Below are positions 13,889 to 27,100 of a DNA stretch of 64,000 nt, in pieces. The stretch's first letter is position 1; each line of letters begins with the position of its first letter. This DNA is from Eledone cirrhosa (Eukaryota). A program made the translations under genes and the position numbers. Below the pieces are notes generated by a model. That model did no database searches, had not been told where the DNA came from, and saw only the letters and a program-made list of their open reading frames with translations. The stretch covers positions 131,006,001 to 131,070,000 of the forward strand of contig OZ024740.1 of NCBI GenBank assembly GCA_964016885.1, given 5' to 3'.

Positions 13889-14893
13889 TAATATCAAATC
13901 AAAAGATGGTTAAAAGAGCTCCAAGTATTATATTATGCGCATTTCAAAAACAAATATCATCATGGGATGATATTTGCGTTCTCATCAGATACAATGGGGA
14001 GACATGATATGAAGCTTTAAAAACAATTGCGAGCAGTGAAGTGTTAAATCAACATATGAAAAATAAAGTAATATGGATATATGAGATTGGGAAAAAAAGG
14101 AGGGGGGGTAGGGAAAGGTAAGGAAGAGGAATGAACAAAAATAAAGGATGACGAGAGAGGAGTATCACAAGGAAGGATGAGAGAGGAGGAGACATGAGTG
14201 ATAGAGAGAGAGAGAAATAGCCTTTACAACTGATAAAACATTATCTTACAGAGAGAAATTAAAAAAACATTGAAAGATGATAGATACTTTTTAAGAGATT
14301 TTGAAATTAAAAGTTAATGAGGTTTATGAATGGTGATGTTTATGATTAAAGAAAAAGGAATTAAAAATAGTATTTATTTAAGGTTTATATATTGAAGGGT
14401 TTAATAATATGTGCGAAAAAAAAAGAGAATTTATTAATATGTATTATTAAAATTAAAATAATTAAGGATATTAAGGATATAATATGAAAGAAGGAGAGAT
14501 TGAATGAATTATGAACTTAGAGGAATTAGTTAGGGGTTAAGTTTGTGTTTATGTATTGTAATATGTAAAATTAAATAATAGGTTTAATATGAGCACGGAA
14601 GGAGAGAAAAAAGAGGAAAATTTAAGGAAGACAAATTATCTAACGTCAAAAAGTATATATGTTTATAACATGTTCTAATGGCAATAAAATATTAAAAAAA
14701 TATATTTTCTATGGCCAATAATATAAGGAAAAATGAAAATAAGGAAAAAACTATAGTGAGTAATAATATGAATTAAGAAGTAATTGGGAAGTAAAAGTTA
14801 CAGATTAAAGGTTACTCCAGTCCTATAACTTGTGGAGTGCTACTTATCCGATGTTTGCATTGCTTGATTGTGCTACAATAAAACTCACCTCCT
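13889..14893 (-). mobile_element. Non-coding HHR-bearing element in (TA)n, copy 2 (longest)
   Basis: Inverted homolog of 13047-13686, with extra AT-rich internal sequence. Confidence 0.85.
13926..13996 (-). ncRNA. Type I hammerhead ribozyme
   Basis: Minus strand: cattgtat CTGATGA gaacgcaaatatcat..atgatatttgttttt GAAA tgcgca TA atataata. Canonical core. Confidence 0.8.
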
Positions 14894-14912
14894 ATATATA
14901 TATATATATATA

Positions 14913-17900
14913 TTTCCGAGGTGTCTGACACCATCACGGTGATGTCATCCCCATAAGCCGGCGCCGCATTTCCGCGTCCAGTTTCGAGCGGAATGCCTTG
15001 CTACATCTCCAGCTTCCGCAGTAAAGGCTCGAGAGTCAATACGTACAGAAGGGAGGAGAGAGGGCATCCTTGACGGTTCGATCGGGATAGCTGAACAGTT
15101 CCGAGAAGTGGCCTTTAACTTTGACCACCGAGCAGATGACGCTGAGAATTTCAGCGGTCCTGCTTCTGAAGACGGAGCTGAAGCCAGCTGTCTTGAGGTC
15201 AGCCTCCAGGTACCGATGGTTGACCCTATCGAATGCTTTCGATTGATCCAAATTGATCAGACCCCAACCGTAGCCAGGTTTACACCATACTCTCTCTATA
15301 ATGTATCGCATAAGGTGGAGGTTGTCGTGTATGGTCCTGGTCGGGATTGTGCAAGTTTGCGCCTCCCCAACCAAATTCTCGATGACAAGCAGCAACCTCT
15401 TCGCTAACACGTTGGCCAAATTCTTAAACTCTGTGTAGTGGAGAAATATGGGTCTGAAATTATCTAATGTGTACCTCTTGTTCTCGTCTTTCCTTATCAA
15501 CGTCACTACGACCCCGGCTCACAGAACTAGGAATACTCCCGTTCTGCTGTCAGTTGCAATAGAGTACTTTGAGGAGATCGGAGAACAAGACTGGAATATT
15601 TACGTAAATCTCGTAGACCGGACCATCCAAACCGGGTAACTTGTGCTTCGTACAGCCGACAAGGGCATCCTGAAATTCGGGTGAAGTTATCAGTCTTTCG
15701 CAGTGCTCAGCGTCGGCCGTCAAGAGTTGCGACAATTCATCGAGTGAGGGACTGAAGCCCGCCGCCATCTCTGACGTAATCTTCCCCCGAACAACCTAGC
15801 AAAATGCTGCTGAAATATCTCACACATCCACCTGGAATCGCTTATCACATATCCGTCTCCGCCCATCTAATACCAAATTGTGGTGTTATTACCACACTGT
15901 ACCTCCGCCACATCGGCTCATCGAACAGCTTTGTTCCCTCGTTTTTTCAGAGCAGGGGGTTCAGCTCTGACAATGCAACCTTCGTGTTTCTCATTGAAGA
16001 AATGGTCTAATGCCATTCTCGCCGCTAGCAGGTCAGTTGCAATGCCACTACAAATAGCCTCGTCTAACTTATCTGCCAGCTCCCTATCCTTTCTATTTTT
16101 CTTTAACGCTACTTCTTTGCTAAACCTAGCGACCTTACTCTAGTCTCTCTTTTGGGAGCCCCCTACCAGCTGTTGTTCACTACCGCTCCCCTGTAAACTT
16201 TTGCTTAACTATATGGTTGATCCGGTCCATGTAAGCCTTACGTACCGGAAACTACATGTTCAGCTTCCAGAAACCAGGTCCAGACATTCGCGCCTTCTCT
16301 AGATCGACCATACAGATCAAAAACTTGTGCTCTGAATAGGCGACCGTATGTAATTGTGGTCACACTATGCTATCCTTATCCACTAATCTAATTATAAACC
16401 TATCTAAGTACGATCTAGATGTCCCTAAAGGGTATGTCCAGGTCCACAATGGCGCATTAGAGAAATCTAGTCGGTACCTGTCAAAGAGTTAGAACTGGCT
16501 GATGAGGTACTTGAAGCTTTTTCAACTATCGGATACTCCACACAGTCCCAGCTTCCGTCTAAGATGCCGTTCCAGTCCTCCGCTAACAGTAAAGGGATAG
16601 ACGTACCCAGAAAGAATCCAGGCATCTAAATAATTCCGGCCGTCCTACCACGGTGCGGGTGTGGACGGCCCCCAGTCTAAAGGTACCACCTTCGCTGTTG
16701 TTCACGTCCAGGACCACCATCTTACCGTCCGTGATCCGGAAGATCTACCATACCTCGAGATCTAGGTCTTTCCCAAACAGCACTACCACTCCAGCTCCCA
16801 TTCCCGGCCGACTAACAGATGCGAAGATCTGATAACCGTCGAAAATGGGGGCTAGTGCACGCTTGTCAGAAATATTGGTCTCACTGACGGCAATTACGTC
16901 ATTTTCTAGAGACCTGAGGTCTTTGAGCAGGTGACCCTGCTTCCAGGATGATACCAGGCCCCGAACATTTAAACTTCCTACTCTTAATATGGCCATGTTG
17001 GCAGGCTAAAAGAGAGATGGAAGGTTTACTTACATTCGGGGCTCTTTGAAGGTCGGTTGGTTCGACATCCATAGCTGGTGGGGTTACTATTGGGAACCTC
17101 TTCAAAAGCCTACTTGATATTTTTACAATGGGTGTTCCCACTTCGTTGGGGAAGCTCTCCCTAACTGTTTTGTAATTGCTTAATGCCATCCGCACCACCA
17201 AAAGTGTTGGTGGCACATTAAAGGTGAGGTGCTAAACCCCTTCCTCTCTTTCTCTATTTCCTTGCTTCGTGTTATCAGGTTCAGTAGTTTTGCGTTTGAT
17301 CTCCCCACTAACACGAAGTTAGGTGTTGTTTTAGTTGTTATTCGTTGCCGTGTGTTTTCTTTTAGTTGTTTGTGTTAGTGGTAGTGTTGCTGGTAGAGAT
17401 AGTGTTTGTGTTGTCGGTTGTGTTGTAGTATGTGTGTCTGTGTGGTGCAAATGTGTCTTTTTTGTTTGCTGTTTGTGTTGGTGTGTGAGATTCCGTCTTG
17501 TGTTGTTGTTTTGTTTAATCTTTTGGTGTCCCACCTCATCTTCGCTCAGTGATGAAGGGGTTTCTGTGCTTGTGTCAGATGTAGGTGGGAGTGCGTGGAT
17601 GGGTGTGTGTGTTTCAATGTGGGCATGCGTGTGTGTGTGTTCGGGAGGGGGAAGCGGCAAAGCTTCTTCGGAATGGCCCCTGGGTGGTCTTGATGGTTTT
17701 TGCAGTTGTTGTTGGATCTGCTAGTGTTGCTGCTGCTGTTGTTGGTGTTGTTGTTTCGTGATGTTTCAGTTGTTGAGGGCCCGACGTCTGCAGCAGCAGA
17801 GACTTGACCTGTTGCATTGTTCAATAGCTGAGGGCAGAAGGCTCGCAACATGTTGTTTCGCCGCAACCGAAACAGTGCGGCCCTTTCATACCTGAATTTT

Positions 17901-18285
17901 CACTATTGTTGGTGTTGTAGTTGTTGCCGCCTTTGTTGGTGTTCTTATTATTGTTGGTGTCGTTGTTGTTGGTGGTGCTGTTGTTGGCCATACTGCCTGA
18001 TGTGGTGTTATTTTTCATATTTGCAGTGAGAGGGGCAGCGTTATTAGCCTCAACGTTTAAACCGCTGTCAGACGAAGCTGAGCGGAGTGGCTCCACCAGG
18101 TTTTTTAAATTATATTTTTTAAAAATGGGCCAATAGACCCAAATGTTATACTTTCCCCTACAACAGGGCAAAGTCCAAGAGCTTATGACACTTACACGAC
18201 AAAAAAATTACAATAAATGATTTATGACAGGTAAATAAATAGACTTATGGGAGCGAGCAAAACGACGCCCACTCACACCAATAAC
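14913..18285 (-). mobile_element. Tx1/L1-clade LINE copy A (divergent family), 3'-truncated in RT, ORF1 internally deleted
   Basis: ORF1 remnants are Asn-rich with a CFGCGE...LRAFCPQ knuckle. ORF2 starts at 16996 with MAILRVGSLNVRG (APE), then PGLDG, NFRPI.L and LDQSKAFDRVNH, ending at AYGDDITV next to (TA)n. The 5' end abuts (AAT)n. Confidence 0.9.
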
Positions 18286-18302
18286 CAATAATAATGATAA
18301 TG

Positions 18303-18400
18303 TTCGTTTCTACTTTTTGAGGCCCATAATTGTGGGGGGAGGGAATATCGATTACATCAACAACAGTGCACTACTGGGGCTTTATTTTATCGACCCCGGT
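18303..18400 (-). mobile_element. 3' part of tRNA-derived SINE in an (AAT)n tract
   Basis: gtttctactttt...ggcc...tactgg..ctttattttatcgacccc matches the SINE 3' half. Confidence 0.7.
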
Positions 18401-18456
18401 AGATCGGAACGTGGAATGCAAAGGGTCATGTGTCTAGGCTGCAAGCAGGGTGTTTG

Positions 18457-18495
<39 letters not shown>

Positions 18496-18496
<1 letters not shown>

Positions 18497-21400
18497 CTAT
18501 ATTTAGTAACCACAAGGGTTTACATAAAGTAAACATTAAGTACAGTACAGGACAATATAGGACGGTACAAAAGGGCATTTCTGCGCGTAAAAAAACAAGA
18601 AACAGACGGTGTAATAATACAACAATGAAAAAATTCCCCAATAGGGAGAATACCCATTATAAAGACACAGGGACCCTGACCACCAGGGCAAGTCCCAGTG
18701 TTCCACCTTTAATTTACAGACATATACTCAGAGTAGGGCCATTCACTCGGGCCATTCTTGCCTCTCTCGCCCATCTTTCAACAAAATGCTGGGAAGAGAG
18801 CACCTCCTTCTCTACCCTGATATTCCTTTTCAAATAAAATTAGAAAAATTTAATTAGGGCATCACCGAAGAGGTAACTGCTCGTCTTCAGCCCTTTCAAA
18901 CGTGTCCACCATACTATCTCTTTCGCCTTGGCCACCAGACAGATAAAAAACTGCCTGCCCTTCCCGGCTAAAGGAAGAGGGCGGGGCAATAATCACGATG
19001 GACGCAGCTGATAGCTGGATCCGTCCTACACGCGACAGAAGGTGTTCGATATAAACCCACAACACAGAAATGCTCGGACACTGGACGAGTGCGTGCAGGA
19101 CGGTTTCGGCGCCCTGCGCACATCTCGGACATGCCCGCCTGACGGCACCTCCATGCCTGTAAAGTTTATCCCGAATTGGCAAAGCTCCTCGATAGAACTG
19201 CCAGGCCAGGGATTTCTGGAAGTTGTCCATAGGCCCCTGCCCGAAATTTCTTCCGAAGAGATTGGCTAGTTGATTTTCGTCCACACCTAGATTTCCCCAA
19301 GTACGTCGTCGTTCTTCCCCTCCACTAATCCTCTGTAGAACGCCAAGGTGGAGTTTCCATCGATCACATTGCCCGATTAGTCGAGGGCTGTGAGCGCCTG
19401 AAGACATTCCAATCTCCAAGCGGTCTTCGCTTGACCCAGGACTGCAGCTCATCAAGGAGACGAGCTGGGGAAAGACGCGTCTAGCAAACGGCGACCATAC
19501 ATGATCACCGTCGAGGAAGAGGTGGAGATGTCGTAGCCTGAGCGCGTGTCTGCGCATCATCAGCCACGGCATGCCCAGCCCTCCACGTAGAGGGTGTTGA
19601 CAGCAGTTGGAACGCCTGACCATCGGAGCTGTCTCTTCCACAAAAGCGAAAGAGGAAACGCTCCAGCGCAGTCAGGCGGGGCTTAGGACAAGATACGACG
19701 GTCAGGCAGTAGTAGATGACGGACGCTATATACGCTTTAGCCACCTCCGCTCGACCTTTCAGGCATAGATTCCTCTCGGCCCATTTCTGGGTGAGAAAAG
19801 CCACCCTGCTCGTCACCTCGTCCCAGTTTTTGACCGTCTGGAGATCCGGACCGAACCAGACACCGAACAATTTAACTGGTCCGTCCGTCCAGCGCCCGAC
19901 GACGCTGTTGGACGGCATTTACCTGCCTCTCCAGGTGCCGAGCTGCAGGTCCACTGATATTTCCTGGTTGATCCTTGCTCCTGTCACCGATTCGTATTCT
20001 CTTAGTGTAGTGCCGATCGCCTCAATGTGTTTGGCGTTCGATACCACTACGGTGACATCGTCCGCATATGCTGACACAGATCCTCCGCATCCTAGTTCGC
20101 ACGGGACTTCCTCAACCTCTCCAGTTTGTGCAGTAATGGCTCGAGAGTCTATACGTACAAGAGAGACGAGAGGGGACATCCTTGGCGGACCGATCGCATG
20201 ATGTTGAACGGTTCCGAAAGGTGACCGTTCACTCTCACCACATAGGAGATGTCGCTGTGCACAGCAGCGATCCAGCCTCTGAAGACGGGCCCAAAGCCAG
20301 CCGTCCTCAGGACTGCCGCTAGGTAACGATGGTCGACCCTCTCGAAAGATTTCGACTGATCTAAATTGATCAAGGACCCACCCGTGCCAGGTTCCCTAGC
20401 TACCCTCTCTACGATGTATCGCATGAGGGGGAGGTTGTCGTGGATGGATCTGTCGGGAATGGCGCAAGTCTGCACCTCTCCCACCAGACCACCAACGACA
20501 AGCGCCAACTTCTTTGCTAGCACCTTGGCCAAAATCTTGAACTGTGTGTTTAGCAGAGTTATGGGCCTAAAATTATCTACGTTATCCCCTTTCTTCGGAT
20601 CCTTTCTCAGCAGCGCCACAGCTCCTCGGCTCACAGAGCTGGGAATTCTCCCGTTCTGTTGCCAGTTGCAGTAGACGTCCGCCAAGAGGCCTCCGAACAG
20701 GTCTGGCTTATGTACGTAAAGTTCATAGGGCAGACCATCCAAATTAGGCGATTTACCCCTTGTGCAGCTAGTTATTGCCTCCCGTACTTCAGCGGCTGTT
20801 ATCGGCTTTAGGCAACACTCCGACTCAGCTGCAGAGAGCCACGGCAGTCCATCCCTCGATCCGCCGCGCCGCTGCCCCCGAACAACTGTGCGAAGTGTCG
20901 CTGAAAATCTTCACACATTTGCCCGGGATCGAGTAGCATGCGCCCGTCGTGGTCCACCAAAGACCGGATCGTGGTTTTGTTGCCACTACGCGCCTCCGCC
21001 ACTCGGGCCCTAAGAACGGCTTTCGTCCCCTCGTGTCTGAGAGCTAGCTTTGACATCGCAGCCTTCGTGCTTTGCATTGAATAATTGGTCAAGAGTCAAT
21101 TTCGCCGCAATTACGTCGGTCGCGATGCCTTTGCTAAGCGCCTCGTCTAATTTTCTAACTAATTCTCCCTCTGCTCTATCTTTCTCTATTGCTAAAGCCT
21201 TACTAAACCTAATGGACTCTATTCTAATTTCTCATTTCAGAGCAAACCACCACTTGTTGTTGACGATGGCCGCCGTCAACGCCCGCTTAACTAGTTCGCT
21301 AATCCGGTCCCTGTAGGCCTTGCGCGCTGGTAAGGAGGCGTTTAGCTTCCAGTAGCCGGGTCCTCGTCTATGAAGCCTATCCAAGTCAAACACACAGATC

Positions 21401-24143
21401 ACGAATTTATGGTCCGTGTAGCTGACTATCTTGAATTGTGGACAGGCTATGCTAGACCTATCTATTTCTCTACAAAATACTCTATCTACATATGATGTGG
21501 ATGTCCATAAGCGATTTGTCCAAATACACATTGGCACATTCGGGAAATCCAATTGGTGGCTGTCAGACAGTTCAAAACGCCTGAGCAGGTTGGTGAGGCT
21601 CTTGCCCTCCTCCCCTATCCGCTAATCCCACAGAGTCCCAGCGTGCATCTAAGATCCCGTTCCCTTCGCCCACTAACACTAAAGAGCGTAACGTTCCAAG
21701 AAAGCTCTCCAGACGCCGGAAAAAATCAGGCCGCCCTGATCCTGTCGGGGCATAGATGACCACTAGCCTGAAAGCTTGCCCGTCTCCGCTGGTCACGTCT
21801 AGCACCACTAACTTTCCTTCTGAGTCCAGGAAGATGGCCAGTATGGCGAGATCCAAACCTCTCCGAAAAAGCACAGCAACTCCTCCCCCCGATCCCGGAC
21901 GGCTGGGAGATGCGTACACATCGTAGCCGCCGAAGATCGGTGCGAAGGTCCGTGCTTCGGAGATACTGGTCTCCCTGATGGCCCCTACATCTATGTTTAG
22001 TGACCTGAGGTCGTTCAGCAGGTGTCCCTGCTTCCATGAGGACCCCAAGCCACGCGCATTTATGCTGCATTTTCTGAGTGAGGTCATGTTGAAATGGAGT
22101 GGAAAAGATGGGAAAGACCACTTACCTTACTTCTCGTAGAGGAAGTATGGTTTCTCCATCGTTTTCACTAATTGTTACCTCCTCCGGAAGGATGTCCTTA
22201 TAAATCCTCCTGGAGAGTGTTTGTCGGAAGTCTCCGATGTCTTTGGGGAATTTTTGTTTTAGTGTCGTGTACGTTTTCTATGTGATGCGAGTGATTTGTA
22301 TGTGTGGAGGTGGTATGAACTTTTGGGTTGATGTGTCGTCTTTTTCTGTGATGCTGGTGTTGTGTTGGATGTAGTGTAATAATTGGTTGTTGTTCAAATT
22401 TAATGCTGTGTAATGTGTATTGTTTTGGTTGTTTTGTTTTGTTTGCGTTTGTTGTGGGTTTGTTGTGTTTCGCTTTTTGGTGAGTTTTGTGGTGTTGGTG
22501 ATGGCGCTGTTAGGGTTAATGATGGTGATGGTGTTGGTGTTTGTGGTGATGGTGTAGGTGATGCTGGTGGCATAGCTGTCCTAACTTTTTTGTTTGATAG
22601 TTTATTTCTCTCCCTATGTATTTTATTTTTGGAGGGGGATGAAGAGGATGTTTTTTTTTGTTTTTTTTTTTTTCTTTTTTCCTGATACCGTTTCCCACTC
22701 CTCGTCGTCACAATATGTCTCCACTTACGAGAGGTCGGGGAGTGGAAAATCCTCCACAAGCGTTGGTTTTATTTGTGGCGTAGTGGATGGTGTAGGGGAT
22801 GGTGCTTGTTCTGGCGCGTTGGGTGGTGGTTGTGTTGGTTTTGCTACTGTTGCTGGGGTTGTTGCTGTTACAGTTGGTTCTTTTGTTGCTGCTACAGTTG
22901 TTGCGGCCATTTCTGCTGCTGCTGGTGGTGTTGGTTGAGTAACTGGGGTGGGTAAGAAAGGTGGCCTCAACCTTTTAGCCTGAGGGCAGAAAGCAATTAG
23001 GGGGTCCCTTCTCCACAAACGCCACACCTAGGCCTTCTGCCCTCGACAATTACGGTGAGGTGGATGCCGTCTGTGAGGTCTATTACCTCTGGGATCTTCT
23101 CAATGCTTATTTGGTCCGCTTGGATCAGGAGTTCCGTCCCAGATCCGGACCAGTTCTCCTGCTTTTCTTTCGCTATTTTGATTGTCTTGGTGTTGGCCTC
23201 GATGCCGGCTAGGACGGCACCCATTAGCCAGGGAATTTCGATGGCCGGTGGAACGTGGTTCACTCTGATCTTCACGAATCTTTGGCCACAATAGCTTGGG
23301 ACGAGTGTGAAGTCGTCACTTCTTAATGGGGCCATGGATTGTTCTCTGGTCTCCTGTGGTGTTCCAAAGAACACGTCCACGGTTCCATATTTCTGCCCAC
23401 ACATGTCCCAGAGCTTTTTGGATTTGGGGATCGGATGCCGGTTCCACTCGGTGCGATTTTATGTAAATCGTCCGATGCTCGCTTTTATTAGGTGGGGGTG
23501 AGGGTGACCCTGTACCCATATTTCTTTACCATTCTCTGGCGAAAGACACGGTCGTTTTCTTTCTCTCATTGTTGTTCTCGCTGTTGTTTTTATCGTTATT
23601 TTTGTTATTGTTATTTTCAATTTCAGTTGTGGTTGTGGTGCTGGCATCAGTGGTTTTCGGTGTGGAAGAGTCTATTCTGGGTGAATCCATTTCGATGTCA
23701 CGAGATACTTTTTTTTTTTGTTTCTGTTGTCGCTGTGGTGGTGGTGGTGAGGGTGGTTGCTTCAACACCTGCAGTCATTGGTATTGGGGGGAAATGAATG
23801 TCTGCATGAGACAAATTTAAATTATTGCTACTGCTTATATTTGTAGTGTTGGCAAACGTAGTTGCAATGGTGGTGTCGGTGTGAGGTGTTAGTTTGTGAG
23901 GAAGGTGTGACAGTGAATCGTTCATGATTTTTTTCAAAGAAATTTTGTTTTGTTTGATAATTATAAAAGTTTAAATTTTGGGCTCAAGGCTCCAATCATT
24001 TTGAGTGTCCTTTTCCGAAAGCAAAATTTGGGATCTTATAAATAGTTAATAACAAAAGTTTTCCATGAATGGCAATTTTAAACAAACGAAAATAACAAAC
24101 CTTTGCGGAGCTCACAATGATACGATTTCTTACGGAGATCGCC
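18496..24143 (-). mobile_element. Tx1/L1-clade LINE copy B, near full length, disrupted
   Basis: ORF1 fragments lie at ~23940-22120. ORF2 starts at 22087 with APE (SINARG, YAP, GEGNG, DH), RT (RQGCPLS, AYADDVT) and C-terminal CPRC...ETVLHALVQC. Both ends are in (AAT)n. Confidence 0.95.
18715..22087 (-). pseudogene. Tx1 ORF2 (APE endonuclease-reverse transcriptase-Cys/His C-terminus), frameshifted
   Basis: Consecutive minus-strand ORF fragments 21572-22087, 21232-21552, 20808-21092, 20149-20742, 19919-20179, 19505-19918 and 18862-19641. Confidence 0.9.
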
Positions 24144-24180
24144 AATAAAAATAATAATAATTATTATTATTATTAATAAT

Positions 24181-27100
24181 GTTTTCTTTATTAACCACAA
24201 GGGTTTACATAAAGTACAGGACAATACAGGACGGTACAATGGGCATTTCTGCGTGTAAAAAACAGAGGATGTAATAAAAAAACAAAGAAAAAATTCCCCA
24301 ATAGGGGGGAGACTTCCGAGGTACATTTGAGGAGAAAGCCCATTAAAAGACCACAGTGACCCTGACCACCAGGGAAAGTGCCCTCTCCCAGTTTTCCACC
24401 TTTAATTTACAGACACATACTCAGAGAAGGCCCATTCATTCGGGCCATACTTGCTTCTCTCACCCATCTTTCAACAAAATACAGGGAAGAGAGCACTTCC
24501 CTCTCTACCCTAATTTTCCTTATCAAATAAAATTTGAAAAAGTTAATCAGGGCATCACCGAAGAGGTAAGTGCTCGTCTTCAGCCCTTTCAAACGTGTCC
24601 ACCATACTATCTCTTTCGCCATGGCCACCAGACAGATAAAAACGCCCTGCCCTTCCCGGCTAAAGGAAGAGGGCGGGGCAATCCTCAGGATGGACTCAGC
24701 TGATACCTGGATCCGTCCTACACGTGACAGCAGGTGTTCGACATAAACCCACAAGTCAGCAATGCTAGGACACTGGACGAGTGCGTGCAGGACAGTTTCG
24801 TCGCCCTACACGCATCTCGAACAATCCCGGCTGACGGCACCTCTATGCCTGTAGAGTTTATCCCGAACTGGCAAAGCACCCCGGTAGCACTGCCAGGCCA
24901 GGGATTTCTGGAAGTTGTCCATAGGCCCCGGCCCGAAAGTCCTTCCGAAGAAATTGGCTTGTTGATTTTCGTCGACGCCTAGAGTTTCTCCTAGTACGTC
25001 GTCGCTCTTACCCTCAACTAATCCCCTATAGAACGCCAAGGTGGAGTTTCCACCGATCACATTGCCCGATTGGCCAAGGGCTGTGAGCGCCTGAAGACAT
25101 TCCAGTCTCCAAGCGCTCCCTCTCGGTCTTCGCCTAGATGTGTTTGGCGTTCGACACCACTACGGTGACATCGTCCGCATATGCTGACACGGATCTTCCG
25201 CATCCTAGTTCTCGCGGGACCCCCCTCACCGTCTCAAGTTTGTGCAGTAATGGCTCGAGAGTCTATACGTACAAGAGAGACGAGAGGGGACATCCTTGGC
25301 GGATCGAGCGCATGATGTTGAACGGTTCCGAAAGGTGACCGTGCACTCTCACTACAGAGTAGATGTCGCTATACATGGCAGCGATCCAGCCTCTGAAGAC
25401 GGGCCCAAAGCCAGCCGCCCTCAGGACTGCCGCTAGGTAACGATGGTCGATCCTATCGAAGGCTTTCGACTGATCTAAATTGATCAAAGACCCACCCGTG
25501 CCAGGTTCCATAGCTACCCTCTCTACAATGTATCGCATGAGGTGGAGGTTGTCGTGGATGGATCTGTCGGAAATGGCGCATGTCTGTGCCTCTCCCACCA
25601 GACCACCAACGACAAGCGCCAACCTCTTTGCTAGCACCTTGGCCAAAATCTTGAACTCTGTGTTTAGCAGAGTTATGGGCCTAAAATTATCTATGTTATC
25701 CCCCTTGTTCGGATCCTTTCTCAGCAGCGTCACCGCTCCTCGGCTTACAGAGCTGGGAATTCTCCCGTTCTTTTGCCAGTTGCAGTAGACGTCCGCCAAG
25801 AGGACTCCGAACAAGTCTGGCATGTGTACGTAAAGTTCATAGGGCAAACCATCTAAACCAGGCGATTTACCCCTTGTGCAGCCAGTCATTGCCTCCCGTA
25901 CTTCAGCGGTTGTTATCGGCAGTCCGCCAAGGTAGACACTAAAGTCCATCCCTTGATCCGGCCCCCCACTGCCCCCGAACAGTTGAGCGAAGTGTCGCTG
26001 AAAAGCTTCACACATTTGCCCGGTATCGAGTAGCATGCGCCCGTCGTGGTCCAGCAAAGACCGGATCGTGGCTTTATTGCCACGACGCGCCTCCGCCACT
26101 CGGGCCCATTGAACGGCTTTCGTCCCCTCCTTTCTGAGAGCACGCACCCTAGCTCTGACTACGCAGCCTTCGTGCTTTGCATTGAAGAATTGGTCAAGGG
26201 CCAATTTCGCCGCAAGTACGTCGGTCGCGATGCCTTTGCTAAGCGCCTCATCTAATTTTCTAACTAATTCTCCCTCTGCTCTATTTTTCTCTATTGCTAA
26301 AGCCATAGTAAACCTAATGGACTCTATTCTAATTGCTCTTTTCAGAGCAAACCACCACTTGTTGTCGACGATGGCCCCGTCAATGCCCGCTTATCTAGTT
26401 CGCTATTCCGGTCTCTGTAGGCCTTGCGCGCTGGTAAGGACGCGTTTAGCTTCCAGTAGCCGGGTCCTCGTCTATGAAGCCTATCTAAGTCAAGCATACA
26501 GATCACGAATTTGGGGTCCGTGTAGCTGACTATCTTGAATTGGGGACAGCCTATGCTAGACCTATCTATTTCCCTACAAAATATTCTATCTAGATATGAT
26601 CTGGATGACCCTATGCGATTTGTACAAGTCCACATTGGTACATTCGGGAAATCCATTCGGTACCTGTCAGACAGTTCAAAACGCCTGAGCAGGTTGGTGA
26701 GACTCTTTCACCCTCCTTCCCTATCCACTAATCCCACACAATCCCAGCGTGCATCTAAGATCCCGTTCCAGTCGCCCACTAACACTAAAGAGCGGGACGT
26801 TCCAAGAAAGGTCTCCAGACGCCGGAAGAAATCAGGCCGCCCTGCTCCTGTCGGGGCATAGACGGCCACTAACCTGAAAGCTTGCCCTTGTCCGCTGGTC
26901 ACGTCCAGCACCACCAACTTACCTGCTGGGTACAGGAAGATGGCCCGTATGGCAAGATCCAAACCTCTCCGAAAAAGCACAGCAACTCCTCCCCCCGATC
27001 CCGGACGGCTGGGAGATGCTTACACATCGTAGCCGCCGAAGATCGGTGCGAAGGCCCGTGCTTCGGAGATTCCGGTCTCGCTGATGGCCACTACATCTAT

